From NCBI GenBank assembly GCA_046563655.1, contig CM102283.1, forward strand, positions 1,426,001 through 1,490,000: 64,000 nt of DNA, read 5' to 3'. The stretch comes from Yuukianura sp. NJ FZ-2021 (Eukaryota). The translations under genes were made by a program, and so were the position numbers. The notes beneath the pieces were generated by a model, which was not told where the DNA came from, made no database searches, and saw only the letters and a program-made list of their open reading frames with translations. Below are positions 22,834-34,600 of this stretch, one piece after another (position 1 is the first letter of the stretch; every line of letters begins with the position of its first letter).

Positions 22834-25800
22834 TTATGCAAAGTGAATAGCCGTTTGGATTTCCAGCTGAGCTGCTCTGACTTTGATCCTGTCGTCGAGC
22901 GTCTCAATGTCATCGACCAACACCATGGAAAAGGCGTCTTTTGGAATTTGCTCCTTTGTGAAGCTAAATTCTCTCAAAGCGCTCCCATCCCCAGCAGCGT
23001 CTGAACTTTTCTCATGACTTGAATGCAGAACCCAGACGAGCGGAATCTTTCCCTGTACACCAAATCATAATAACAATTAATATGTATAACTAATTAATTC
23101 TTATAATTAATATATTTAGAAAAGTACTCACCTCTTGAGCCAATCCATTCAAAGCTGCCGTTATGTTCTTAACTGATTGAAATTGTAGCACTCCTTTCGG
23201 CAAGTCTGCACTCCACTCTTCGTGCCATTGACGATTCTCATCTCCCGAGCCCGATTCAACAAAGACTGCCACAACAGCGCTTCTCTTACCCAGGGCCAAC
23301 AAAATTGTTTTCATAATTTGGTCCTTCGGTACAGGTCCATGGTAGATAATTCCAATAACTCCGTAGGGTCTCTGCCGAACAGCAACGACTCCTTGATTAC
23401 GAGTGAGATGATCTCCGCATTGAGTAGAAACCAAGAATTGCAACCTCAACAAATCGTTGTCTATCTTCGTTGGATCTTCTTCTGGAACGAGCTTCTTGGT
23501 ACATTTCCGAAATGCAACAGCAAGTTTTGAATTTCGCACCTCAAATTCCAAATCTGTCCAAGCCTTGAATCCCTTCTCGGCGTTCTCCGTAACTTGCTTC
23601 CAGTCAATCCTGATAGAAAAAAGGAAATTAAACAAAAAGCAAAGAAATTGGACAAAAAATAAATTCAAAAATTCAATTTCTATTTTTTTATGAATAAAAA
23701 TTGTGTCTATCTAGGCAAATACTTGGCAGTAGAAGAGCTTGCAGTGGCTTCCGGAGTTTTGTCCTTGTCATGGGCCTCCTTTCGTACAACCCCCAAGTTG
23801 CTATGGGTGGGTGGGATTAGCTGTCGTGGGATCATGTTTATCCAAATTCCACCAAGTGCCTGTGTGAAAGTGAAAGCACAAAATGTAACACTTTACGACC
23901 AACATTACAACTTCCTTATTCGCAAAGTGAAAGTCAAGTCTCTTCTCCAGAACTTATTCTCTGCACAACACAACTATTCCGTACTAAAACTTCATAAAAG
24001 TTGTGTTCCTACTAGAGATGCTCCAGCATCGTCACAAAGTGGAGTAATAATAGTAAAAACCGCTGGTAGCTTCGGTAGCGGAAGTCGCATAAAACGCAAA
24101 ATAGGGACCCAGTGTACCGTAGGGAGGGACAGAGAGACACAAAGATGTCACCAAGGGTCAACGCTCTCAACATAACCTCTCTAGCCCTTGTTCTCCACAA
24201 ATCCAGAAGTTCTGGAGTCACTTTGTCCAGAATCTCTTCAACTGTCTACTGTATTAGTTGCGCCTCATCAATATTAGGCAGTAGGAGAGACAAAGACTTC
24301 TGGACAGACGAAGGGAATTTCAAAATTACTCTGCTCGTCCATTACTCCTCCTCAGCTAAGCACTAGTTGCCTTTCCAGGAGTTCTGGAATGACTTTGAAC
24401 ACTTTCTAAAACTTGTTCAATGTCCATAAACTCCCAACTTAAGGAAAGAAGTGGGTTCTTTTCTTTCCACTTTCCCTTAACTCCTACGTTTTTTTTTCGA
24501 GTGTCGTTACCCTAATTCCTAAGGCATTTCACAGGTTTTCATTTAAATGGAATTCTAATTCCACACGTACTCCAATAAAAATTTACTTGGAACATCCGAT
24601 CCACAGTCTCCAAGGAAAACCCAATACTCGTCGACTCCTTGGAGCGACAAAGTTTAGTCCAAATGAAAAGAATTTAGAGAGGGTGGAGAATCGATTATTG
24701 CACTAAAACTCTCAATTACGCTGGATAAAGATCAGAACACTCCGGATCGATTCTCTTTCTCGTCACAAAAATATTCCAACCCTGACATCGTACAGAACCA
24801 TTAGGCTTAATGGGTCGTAGTAGGATGTATGTCGGACCTTTTTCAACTTGGGAAAGTCATGTTGTTCAAAAGTTTGCTCAAGTTTGTCCAGAGTCAGCGT
24901 CATCGTGTGCCTACTCCCCTGTTCTACTGTTCTTCCAGGGAAGACGAGTAATGACAGGAGAAAGTTGAGCAATTTAATTGGTCTCAATTGGGATGCCGGA
25001 CAGAGTCAAGTCTTAACTTTTTGCTTCCTACGCTCCATTAGTGTCATACCGACAGAGAACTAAACAACGGGGTGTCAAATTAAGACCAAAAATTTTACGG
25101 TGCTGGAAGAGCAGAGTTCGGTATCAAAGTTCTGGCGCGGGACACGAGAACTTCATTGCTAAAAAAAGTTTAACATTGGACATATTAGGAAAGAAAAGTC
25201 AGAAATTCACCTTGAAGGTCGTTGTAACTTCTTGAATAACCGAAGGATGAGACGTGAACAGCGAAACGGTCTTGTTGATTCCACCGAAACTGTTCGACAG
25301 AGCGATGAGTTCGGCAGTGTTTCGATAGGGAAGTATAAACAAAACACTTCGAGCTTTCCAACCAAGAGATTCAGTAATTGCGAACGGTGAGTTTGTCCCA
25401 ATGTTCCAAATGAGACATGCTTCCGGAAAGCCTCCTTCGACGTAAAAACTCTAAAAAAAATTCAACAGGAAAGAATAAGAACTACGCAAGGATTCGACGA
25501 TTAAATATAGGTATTAATTTTTGAGCAGTGAACCTGGCCTGTTTTGAGGATCGCTGGAGTGAGGCGGTTAGCGATAGACCAAAGACATTTGGATTTCTCA
25601 GCACTACATTCGGCATCTGACTTGAATTGCTTGTTCAACAACTTCTTGAAAATATCAATTACTCGGTCTTGAATGCTCTGCTCGACGAAAAGAAGCGCGA
25701 GACGCGAAGAGCTATGAACCTAAGAAACAAACAAGCAATAACAATAAGCAAATAACGTCATCATTTTTGTTCGAAGTGAAATGCCGAACTTGAGAGACGT

Positions 25801-27195
25801 TTAGCTAAGGCTACCATGGAACAGTAGTTACCTGGCTCCCAGAAATCCACATGTCTGTAGTTATTCCATCCACTGAAGATTCCACGTCGCCGGTTGAATC
25901 CAAAATGTATTGAATACATTTTCCATACGGGTTTGAAGGAAATACTGGACAAAACCGACAAAAATAGCGGTGTTGAAATTTATCACGTTCCAAAATCGTT
26001 AGTTAAGTTAAGTTACCTCCAGAGAAAAGTGACACGGAAAGGGTCGAAGGCCAAGAGAGAATTGTCTCTGGATTCCAGACTAAAAATGAGCTTAAGTCTT
26101 GGTCAGGAAGTTTAACCAAATCATACGATATATCCCGAATAAGCAGTAGATCGACGGGACTCTTCCAGACTCTACAAGAAAAAAATTAAACATTTGAACA
26201 CACATTAAAATCCATATCTCCATAGTCGATAATGTGATTCGTTTCTTTTTCCTTACTTCGTGTCGTTGATCTCGTCAATAAGACGCATGAGGGGAATGTA
26301 TTCTTCCACTGAACATGTAGTTTCGCTTTCGATTGGAAATATGACAATCCGTTTGTCCTCACCCTTCAAGGCAAGAAGAAGGCTCAGAAGTCTTTGTGTC
26401 GTTGATGTTCCGTTTTCACTGCTCACTGGGAAAAGAATCGGCTTGCAGCTAAGTTTGTGCGATCCGGCTAAGAACGTTAACAGAGTCATTAGCACTTATA
26501 ATTGAAGCAGTCATAAGTTCAAAAGCATGAAAACTAATTTTAGTTTTAACTAACAACTTGGAGTTTTAGAGATGGGGGCAACGTCTTTCTTTTTCAGAAG
26601 TTTCTTCCACAACGGGAGGTCATATTTTTCAATCTGCCAAAACGGAACGTTTGAGGCAAAGCTCTCCGCAACACAAAATGTCCTCTCGTTTTGCTTAGTA
26701 AGGAAAAACGGCAGGCTGGAATTCATTAATTAAACAAAAACTCTGAATGCAGTTGTTTTTAGCAAATTGTACCTCTGCAATTAAATAGTACCGTTACCTT
26801 GTTTCACCTCTTTTAGGTTCCCGAAGTTGCTCAACACTCGACTCTGCGTCAGAAGTGTCGTAAGGTTCATTAAGAAACAATGGTAGAATCCCGTCAAAGT
26901 CTTGTAAAAATTGAATAGTGATTTTGTATTCTTTAGAAGGTGGACCGCAAGTGGAACTTCTGGATTCATCGGAGTGTAGGCAAGAGGCATATCCATCGGT
27001 GATTGACATAACTTCGTCTCCAAACTCAGCAATAAATTTCTGAAAACAAGTCCCATCGGTTTTATAATCTTACATCTTCTAATTCATGAACTCATCGACT
27101 TTTTTACTTTTTAATCTTAACTTATCAATTTTCATTTCATTCAAAATCCACCTTACATCATACACCGCAATGGACGCCTCCTCACTGTACGCCAT
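22834..27195 (-). CDS. ALDH16A1-like aldehyde dehydrogenase-fold protein, 735 aa, 11 exons, probably non-catalytic
   Basis: Exons 27195-27157, 27039-26798, 26715-26555, 26494-26257, 26171-26017, 25944-25832, 25719-25534, 25450-25211, 23859-23723, 23609-23132 and 23052-22834. All introns are GT-AG and phases are consistent, giving 2208 nt with no internal stop. ALDH16-like motifs: ILDSTGDVESSVDGITTDMW, LLFVEQSIQDRVI, LPYRNTAELIALSN, GGIWIN, then a second Rossmann half (AEKGFKAW...R, RPYGVIGII). Confidence 0.8.
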
Positions 27196-27952
27196 TGTTT
27201 CAAAGTTCAACAGTGCTTTCGGCAACAATTGTTTCATTGCTCGATCCGATCACCAGCTTTGATGCTTCGCGTTCGATTCCTAATAAATCAGGTTCCGCTC
27301 CGGGGACTCAATTATAAACTGACAAAAACTGGACAAAACTTGTAACGCACGCGGTAAGTTGCACTGCTTGAAGTTTGCACAAGCACAGGACAAACCTGGA
27401 CACTGGATCATTTTGTCTCCCGCCACTATGTTTGAAATCGTAAGGAAATTTGAGACACCCATTGCAACAACCTTTACCATTAATGTAATCAGAATTCAGA
27501 AATGAACAATTAATTCTCAAGGTTATTTGAATTTTAGCAGTAGTTCAAATAAACCCGGAATTCACCTTGCACAGCACGGTGAAGGCATCACCTTGACCTT
27601 TAACAAAGTAATTACTTCTTTTAGTCATTTCATACTTTATTAAAATTATCCTGTTAGCGTCAACATTTGAAAAATATTTCCAAAATCCCACCTAAAATAT
27701 CATTACTATAGGTTTTTTTTTTTATAATTTCATCTTGAGTGTACCTCTCAAGGTTAAAGTCAAACTCATGAGCCTATATTGTGCCATAAAAAAAAACTGA
27801 AGTGACATCTAAGGTAGCTCGTAACTCTGAATTTCTCCTCCATCGTTGCTAAACAAATCATCCAATATCCTCAACATTTGAGAAATAAATTAAATAGCGC
27901 AACTTATTGAATAATCAATGTTGGAGTTTCCAGTCCTTAGAGTGTCCTCAGC

Positions 27953-29984
27953 TCATTCGTTCCTTAAACCCAGAAAGGAAACGCACTGCTGAAAGCTTTG
28001 ATGGATTACGTCCTTACTGCATCGTGCTGTGGACTTGGATTGATGTACGTTAAGGTCCTCGTTCCGTAAACCCAGAAACGAAATGCACTGTTCAAAACTT
28101 TTATGGATTACTTCCTTACTGCAACGACCTCTGCTCTTGGACTGATGTACTTTAAGTCCATCCTCAGTAAAGAAGCCCTGATAACATTTACTACAAAAGT
28201 ACTGGAAGTCTCTGCAATGTTCAAGTCTCGTGTGTCGTTCAAGAGCATCAACTGATGTGAGGAATTGGACGGAACAGCCTGCGACAGTACAGAAGTACCA
28301 TGACTCTGGTTCTGGATGTACGGTTTTCATGTGGAAATTTTTTAACGCCGCTGATGAGAACGTTTTTGGACAGTTGGGACATGGCAGTCTTGGTTTGAAA
28401 CTGGTGTTCAGCGATTTCACATCTCCTTTCCGTTTTCGATTTGCTGCTAACTTCATGCGGTCGATTAGTTGAGGAGTGTTGTTTTCCGAGTAAAACGGCC
28501 CATCACATCGATCAAGTTGTAACTTGGCTAGCTTCAACCGAAAGTATCCGTTCGGCCGCGTCATTATTCGTTCTAAAAGAGAAAGATAAAGCTTTGTAAT
28601 TGTATAACGTTTCGTTTCACTTAATACGAACACACATTTACCTAGGTATCTTGGAGCTGGATGGTCACCGCGATTCAAGGGTTGGTCTTCGTAATTTCGG
28701 ATTTCCATCACATCCGTTTGGTTTGTATGTAAATTATGCTGAGGTTGACAGAATTCTGCGGATTCATGGAATTAATATTATAATTCGAAATAATCCGACT
28801 AAAGGCTATGCTGATTGTTGAAAACGCTACCGGAATTATTTGCTGGTGTGTCATGAAGCCCCATCATGCCTAAACGATGGAGCCTGGTTGCAGCAGAACT
28901 ATGTTTTCTGGGTTGGTAGTATTTGTAGTATGCCACTTTCTTCTGGCATTGCTCACCGGTAACACGCAATCCAGAGATTTTTCCAATTTCCTCCGCGATT
29001 TCGTCATAAATATGAATCTTATTCGAATATTTGGCGCTGAGTTGACTACTTCGATCCCGGCAGAGTTTAAGCAAAAGTTCTAGATCATCGCCACTGAATC
29101 TAGTGTGAGAATTCTGAGGTGATGGAATGGTAGCATTATGATTGGACCAGTTGTCGTCGTCACTCTCTTGCTTGATCTGATCAACATGGTCGATATTATC
29201 ATTATGTTCGTCGCCAACGTCGTCATCGTTATGACCCTCCAGCGTATAATCCATTTCTGTGTCAGTATAACTTTGATTCACATCGTAGCCGTATCCATTC
29301 AATGACAGAATTGGCTCAACTGCCATATTGCTATGAAGTGCACCATCAATAATGTATGCAACCTGATGTGGAGTACCATTGAGTAGTAAACCTGAAACGT
29401 TCATACAATCAAAATGTTTCCTTATAATCCCAATTCTAGAAATTTTCTATAGTTATCGTTGTAGTTTATTTTGATTTTGCGTTTCTAGCTTACAATTAAC
29501 CAAGTCTTCGCGTAGGTCGATTGCCGACGTTTGGTTAGCGACAAAGTCCGACTCTGTGCCATGCTCCCCTGAGAAACTATTCTGGAAGGCCGTCCTAAGT
29601 TTGGATGAAACTTCCTTTACATTATTTTGAGTTTCAGCTATCAGCATTAGCAATTGGTGACCTTCTGCTGCAATTCTGCAGCAGCTAACACACAGTAGTG
29701 TTTGTGGTGGTTTTCCCTTCCAAATTGCAGTATTTCGAGGTTGGAAATTGAGGAGATGAGGTACCGATTCCAGTATTTCGGGAATCAGATGTTGCGAAAA
29801 CGAAGCATGGGCATAAATCGTTCGGCAGCATAGGATACACTGATCGTGATCGGAAGTAGTACCTCGTGGGTCCGCCAAGTGTCCTATGAAGAAAGAGCAA
29901 GTTCATACATATAAAAAAACTTCCGGTAAGGAAACAATTCAATAAGTGAAGTAACTCACCTAACTCTCTTCCAACTTGAAACAT
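27953..29984 (-). CDS. ZAD + Myb/SANT-like + 3 zinc-finger (2 C2H2, 1 atypical) transcription factor, ~569 aa (paralog B)
   Basis: Exons 29984-29960, 29883-29494, 29391-28831, 28755-28642 and 28572-27953, all phase-1 GT-AG introns. ZAD CILC...CVSC; Myb/SANT-like FSGDDLELLLKLC...IYDEIAEEI...VTGEQCQKK; fingers starting CPNC, CTVAGC, CSKC. Confidence 0.85.
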
Positions 29985-30330
29985 TCCTTATCACCGGCTT
30001 TCGATTCTCGATTCCAAAGTTCAGATTATGTCGCGTTTGAAAATTGAAATGAAGTTTAATTCTCCTCGAAGAAAGCAGAATTAACTTTAGTTTTTTACCA
30101 TTCGCTTCGTATACAAAAATTTGTAAATCGTATTACAAAAATACAAAACAAAAAAATAGTTAAAGGGACTGACTAAAACTCAGAATCCTCTGAATCAGAC
30201 GGTGGTAGGCTGAACGGGCAGCCTAATCGGCAGAATTAGCTGAACAATTTCGGTTTTTAAAATCGAGAATTCGTATTTTTCATTTTTTCCAAGTTGTCAG
30301 ATGCCGTCGATGACTTCTTAGATTTCGATT

Positions 30331-33075
30331 TCAACTTCTAGAGTCGCCTTGCCGACAAATGAGTTTGTGTCTGCCAAGGTTCTTCGTCGATGGAAATCCT
30401 TCGCCGCACTTTTCACAACGAACTCTTATTTGTGGGTCATGAACGACTTGAATGTGGGCTTTCAATGACTTCTTGCTGGCAAGGGACCTAGGACAATGTG
30501 GACACTGGACAGAAGGGACTCCACCATCGTGTCGCTTGAGATGGTCCTGTAGGTGTTGGTAGTATTTAAAACTGGATGGACATCGGTCGCACTGAAAATT
30601 CCTTTCGCCAGTGTGCTTGATATTGTGCATCCGAAGTAGTGCTGGACTATAAAAGTTAGCTTTACATCCCGGAAACGTACAAGGATATCTTACTATTGGT
30701 TGTTTTTCGGCAGTCGTATCGGGATGCTGCATCCGTACATGTCTGTTGAGGCCATCTATTCTGGCGTAAAATGCTCCACACACGGCACATGTGTATTTGT
30801 CTCTGCATTTGTCATGAACCTTTGCTTGATGATCTCTAAGGCCACCGCTGCGGGTGAACGCGACACTGCAGATCTCACAAACGAAGTTCCTTGCTAAATG
30901 TCGGTCCCTTTTGTGTCCAGAAAGTAATGCCCGGGTTCGGAACTTGAGGGGACAAGTATCGCAGCTGAAAGCTCGGAGCGATTCGTCGTGAACGATGGAC
31001 TCGTGGAATTTTAGAGCCGACTCGGTCAAGAACCCTTGACGACATGTGCCAATGTTGCAGAAGTACTGCAGGGCTCCGCCATGAACGTCTCTGACATGAT
31101 TTTCAAGGAGTAAAGGTGACTTGAATACTTCGGCGGAACAACCGTCGACTGAGCACGAGTACCGTTCTGATTTGCGGTGTACGGCAGCAACATGCTGAAT
31201 CTTTAGTGACTTTTCTGGAAACTTTTGCTGGCAGTATCGGCAAGAGTATTGATAATTACTACTACTGATATCTCTCGGATGTTCGGCTGCAACGTGCTGC
31301 ACCTTCTGTATCTTTTCTGGGAATTTCTGTGTGCAGTACCGACAAGAGTATTGTTTTCTCCTACCGGGTTCTCTCTTCCTCTTCTTTGATTCGTCCTCCA
31401 GTTCGCAAACTTTGAACTTGTTATGACTGGTTCGTTTCCTTTTCGGTTTGTGTTGAAGCACATTTTGATTCGACTTCGGAAGGATTCGGACAAGTTGTAA
31501 TTTCGCCAATTTCAGCCGGAACGATCCATTTGGTAGCATGACTGTACGTTCTAAGAAATATTGTTTTAGAGAGCTTTAGAATTTTTAGTTTCTAAAAGCC
31601 AAAAGCCAAACATAAATGCGAAAGCCCAAATGTTTTATGTCAGTAATACCTAAAACGCTTAGATCCTGCGCAGAAAGACTTTGTTCAAATTCGTATATCG
31701 GATCATAATCAGGATCCGAAGAATTATGTTCCTCCGGGTCATTACTATGCCTTATCCTCTCCTCAACTTCACCGTCGATTTCGTCCTTTTTCTCGTTTCG
31801 AAATATTAGATGTTTACCGGATTCTACGGAATAATGAAGCAATGCATTTGCATTTTATTAAAAACAAAGTGATTTGAGAGAAAGAATAAGTTATTCTGAA
31901 TAACTTTTGATTAGTAAACATACGATTAGAATGACCATCTTCAGCTGCAATACTCCTTTCACCAGCACCGCTATGTCTTGCTTTGTGTTTCAATTTCATG
32001 AGTTTTCTCCTGCATTGGTCACCGGTAACTCGGAGTGAAGTGGCTTTCCCAATTGCCTTTGCCATTTCTTCATAAATTGGAGCTTTATCAGTATGTTTGT
32101 CCGATAACTCACTGCTACGTTCATGGCAGAGTTTCATCAGAAGACCAACTTCAATGTCGCCGAACTTCAGACGGGGTTTTCTGGGAACAACGGTATCATG
32201 ACTCTTCAGTTTATCTTCATCCACAGTTTTTTCTTTTGTAATATCACCGTCGTCGACAGCGTTACTTGCTTCCGGCGTAATCCTGCTGTCGAACTGATCG
32301 TGATTATCCTCCTCCAGCGGTAAGGGTGAGTCTGGAAAACTTTGCGGCTCATCTTCGTCATGTTTCACCAACACAAGACTTGCTTCGGTAATAATACTGT
32401 TACGACTCGTAATCTCAGGAAGGTCAGTGTCTTGATGAAGATCAGTCTTGAACTGAAGGCCTAAAACGATTTACAATTACAATATACTTCACGTGATATG
32501 ACTGAATATCGATTATACTGTAGTTGAAGTTTCTATCCTTACAGTTAACCAACTCTTCTCGCAATCTTGTTGATGCAGTTTTGTTGCCCACAAAGGCCGA
32601 ATGCCTACTATGACCTTCTGATAAACTGTTGTTGATGGTCACCAGTACTTTTGATGTAACTTGCTTTATATTCTTTCGAGTTTCGACCAGTAGCTGTAGC
32701 AATTGATGTCCTTCTGCTGCGATCCTACAACATTGTCCGCAAAGCAGTGCGTTTGGTGAGTGCCCCTTCCAAATTGTTTTATTCCGAGGTTGAAAATCGA
32801 GGAGAAGAGGTACACATTCAATTACTTTTGGAATTAGTTGTGGAGTAGGAGCGTCAGAGAAAGTGGCAGAAATGAATTGGCAGCAAAATATACATTGATC
32901 ACAAGCATCGTGTTCTGGATCAATGGCAAGCCCGACTCCTGAAAAATAATATAAAAAAAAAAACAAAATTAGTCTTATTTTTCGATTACAATGAACTTAA
33001 TAAATACTTACCTGGGTCTCCAACTCCAACATCTTGCCGCCAACCGGTAACAACACTTGCTGCTTGGCTCGTCAT
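30331..33075 (-). CDS. ZAD + Myb/SANT-like + 11 zinc-finger (10 C2H2, 1 C2HC) transcription factor, ~796 aa (paralog A)
   Basis: Exons 33075-33012, 32938-32543, 32460-31924, 31823-31650 and 31550-30331, all phase-1 GT-AG introns. ZAD CIFC...CGQC; Myb/SANT-like FGDIEVGLLMKLC...IYEEMAKAI...VTGDQCRRK; HTGERNF linker. Exon structure is the same as paralog B. Confidence 0.88.
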
Positions 33076-33734
33076 TGTATCGATAAAATTGATAACGATC
33101 AAAGAATTTACGAACAACGTTTGAGTTAACTTTTAGAGTTTGACGTTTTGTACATTTTTTTTTATAAATTGCAACAAAACTAACAACAAAATGGGAGTAA
33201 GGATTAACGACAGTCCATGTAGTCACAAAGTAGCCACACCGGCCATCTTTTGTTAGTTGTAAATACAATAAGTTGGCCATACAATCGTGGCAACATGGGC
33301 AGTTTAACATAATCTAACTGAAGGTTAGTGTCAAGATTTGTTGCCGCACAGTATAACCACCTATTCTGTTGCCTGCATTTGCCATCGGGTACAAGGATAG
33401 TTGTACACCTTACACCAACCAAAAACCAAAAGAATTCGCAGTCTGAACCGCCTATTCCACAGAATGCATCTGAAATTTCCGATCGAAATGTTTTTGGTGT
33501 TTTAGTGTACAAGATTTCACAACTACTGCAGTAAATTCACATTAGTATTGCTTTGAATTAAGTTTACAATTGTTAAATTAAATGTATTATTTTACAATCC
33601 TTACTAATCAAATCCCATAAGTATTCAGTAAATAGTACTTTATACTCAGTTAGCATTCTTGCCAATCAAGTCATGGAAGCACCTTCCTTAACGTTAACGA
33701 ATCAATTTTATTGTGTTGCATAGTGCGCGTTATA

Positions 33735-33968
33735 CAGGGTGTGGCAGCCAAAAGTAGACACCTTAAATTCGTTGTTAGGGGTGACCGACGAAAAAATGGT
33801 AAATAATGGGGGGAGAATTTAGCCAAATTCAAAAATTGTCAAAAGTCAAAACAATTTTGCACCGAAGCGCAAAAATTTTTTGCGCTTCGGTGCAAGTTTC
33901 CTCCCATAGTTACGAAAATAAACAAAATATTTATAATTGAGGTGTCTACTTTTGGCTGCCACACCCTG
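33735..33968. mobile_element. 234-bp Tc1/mariner MITE with an internal perfect hairpin
   Basis: Perfect 29-bp TIR CAGGGTGTGGCAGCCAAAAGTAGACACCT, TA on both sides (33733-34, 33969-70). Internal palindrome with 19-bp arms at 33857-33895. Confidence 0.85.
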
Positions 33969-34600
33969 TACATGAACTTGAATTGAACACTGCGCATATG
34001 TCTGCTTATGCTCACAACAGTTACATAACGCCAACGCAAAGAAAGAAACCACCATGTGCTTTTCACTTTCACTGCAACAAGCAAACAGTCTTCACATTGC
34101 TCTCGCAGAGAAAGGACGCCAATAATCGCTCTTGCTTCATCGCTGTTTTTTTCAAAACATTAAAAGCATTCTATTTCTACATAACAAAAACTAACATTTT
34201 TTCAATAGATTTCGGATTTTGAAGAGCAAAACTTTTAAACAAAATTCTTGTAAACTACCCAAATGTTCAATTTTGTCATCAACTGATTCACTAATTAGCC
34301 AGTCTTACTTGCAAAATTTCAATTCAATACGGCCACAGCCCCGAAGAGGGTGTACTCAAGTATCTGGACAACTTTGTGTCCTTGAAAAGTTGGTAAAGCT
34401 AAAAATTAAGTCCGAAATTGGCCAATTGAACAAAATTCACTTCAAAACTTCTGGCACTTGAAGTTTCATCACTGGACAGACAAGAAAAAAACATAAGTTG
34501 ACCTTTGACCCTTGGCAAAAGTGAAGTGCTCTTGACTTTTCAAAGCGTAAGTGCACAAAAGTGTCATTTGGAACAAGAACGTCATTAAAAGCGTCTTTTC

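Noticed and set aside
33008-33534. Cys-rich short ORFs as a PHD or zinc-binding gene
   Set aside because: Cys spacing fits no domain and no consistent splice structure was found.
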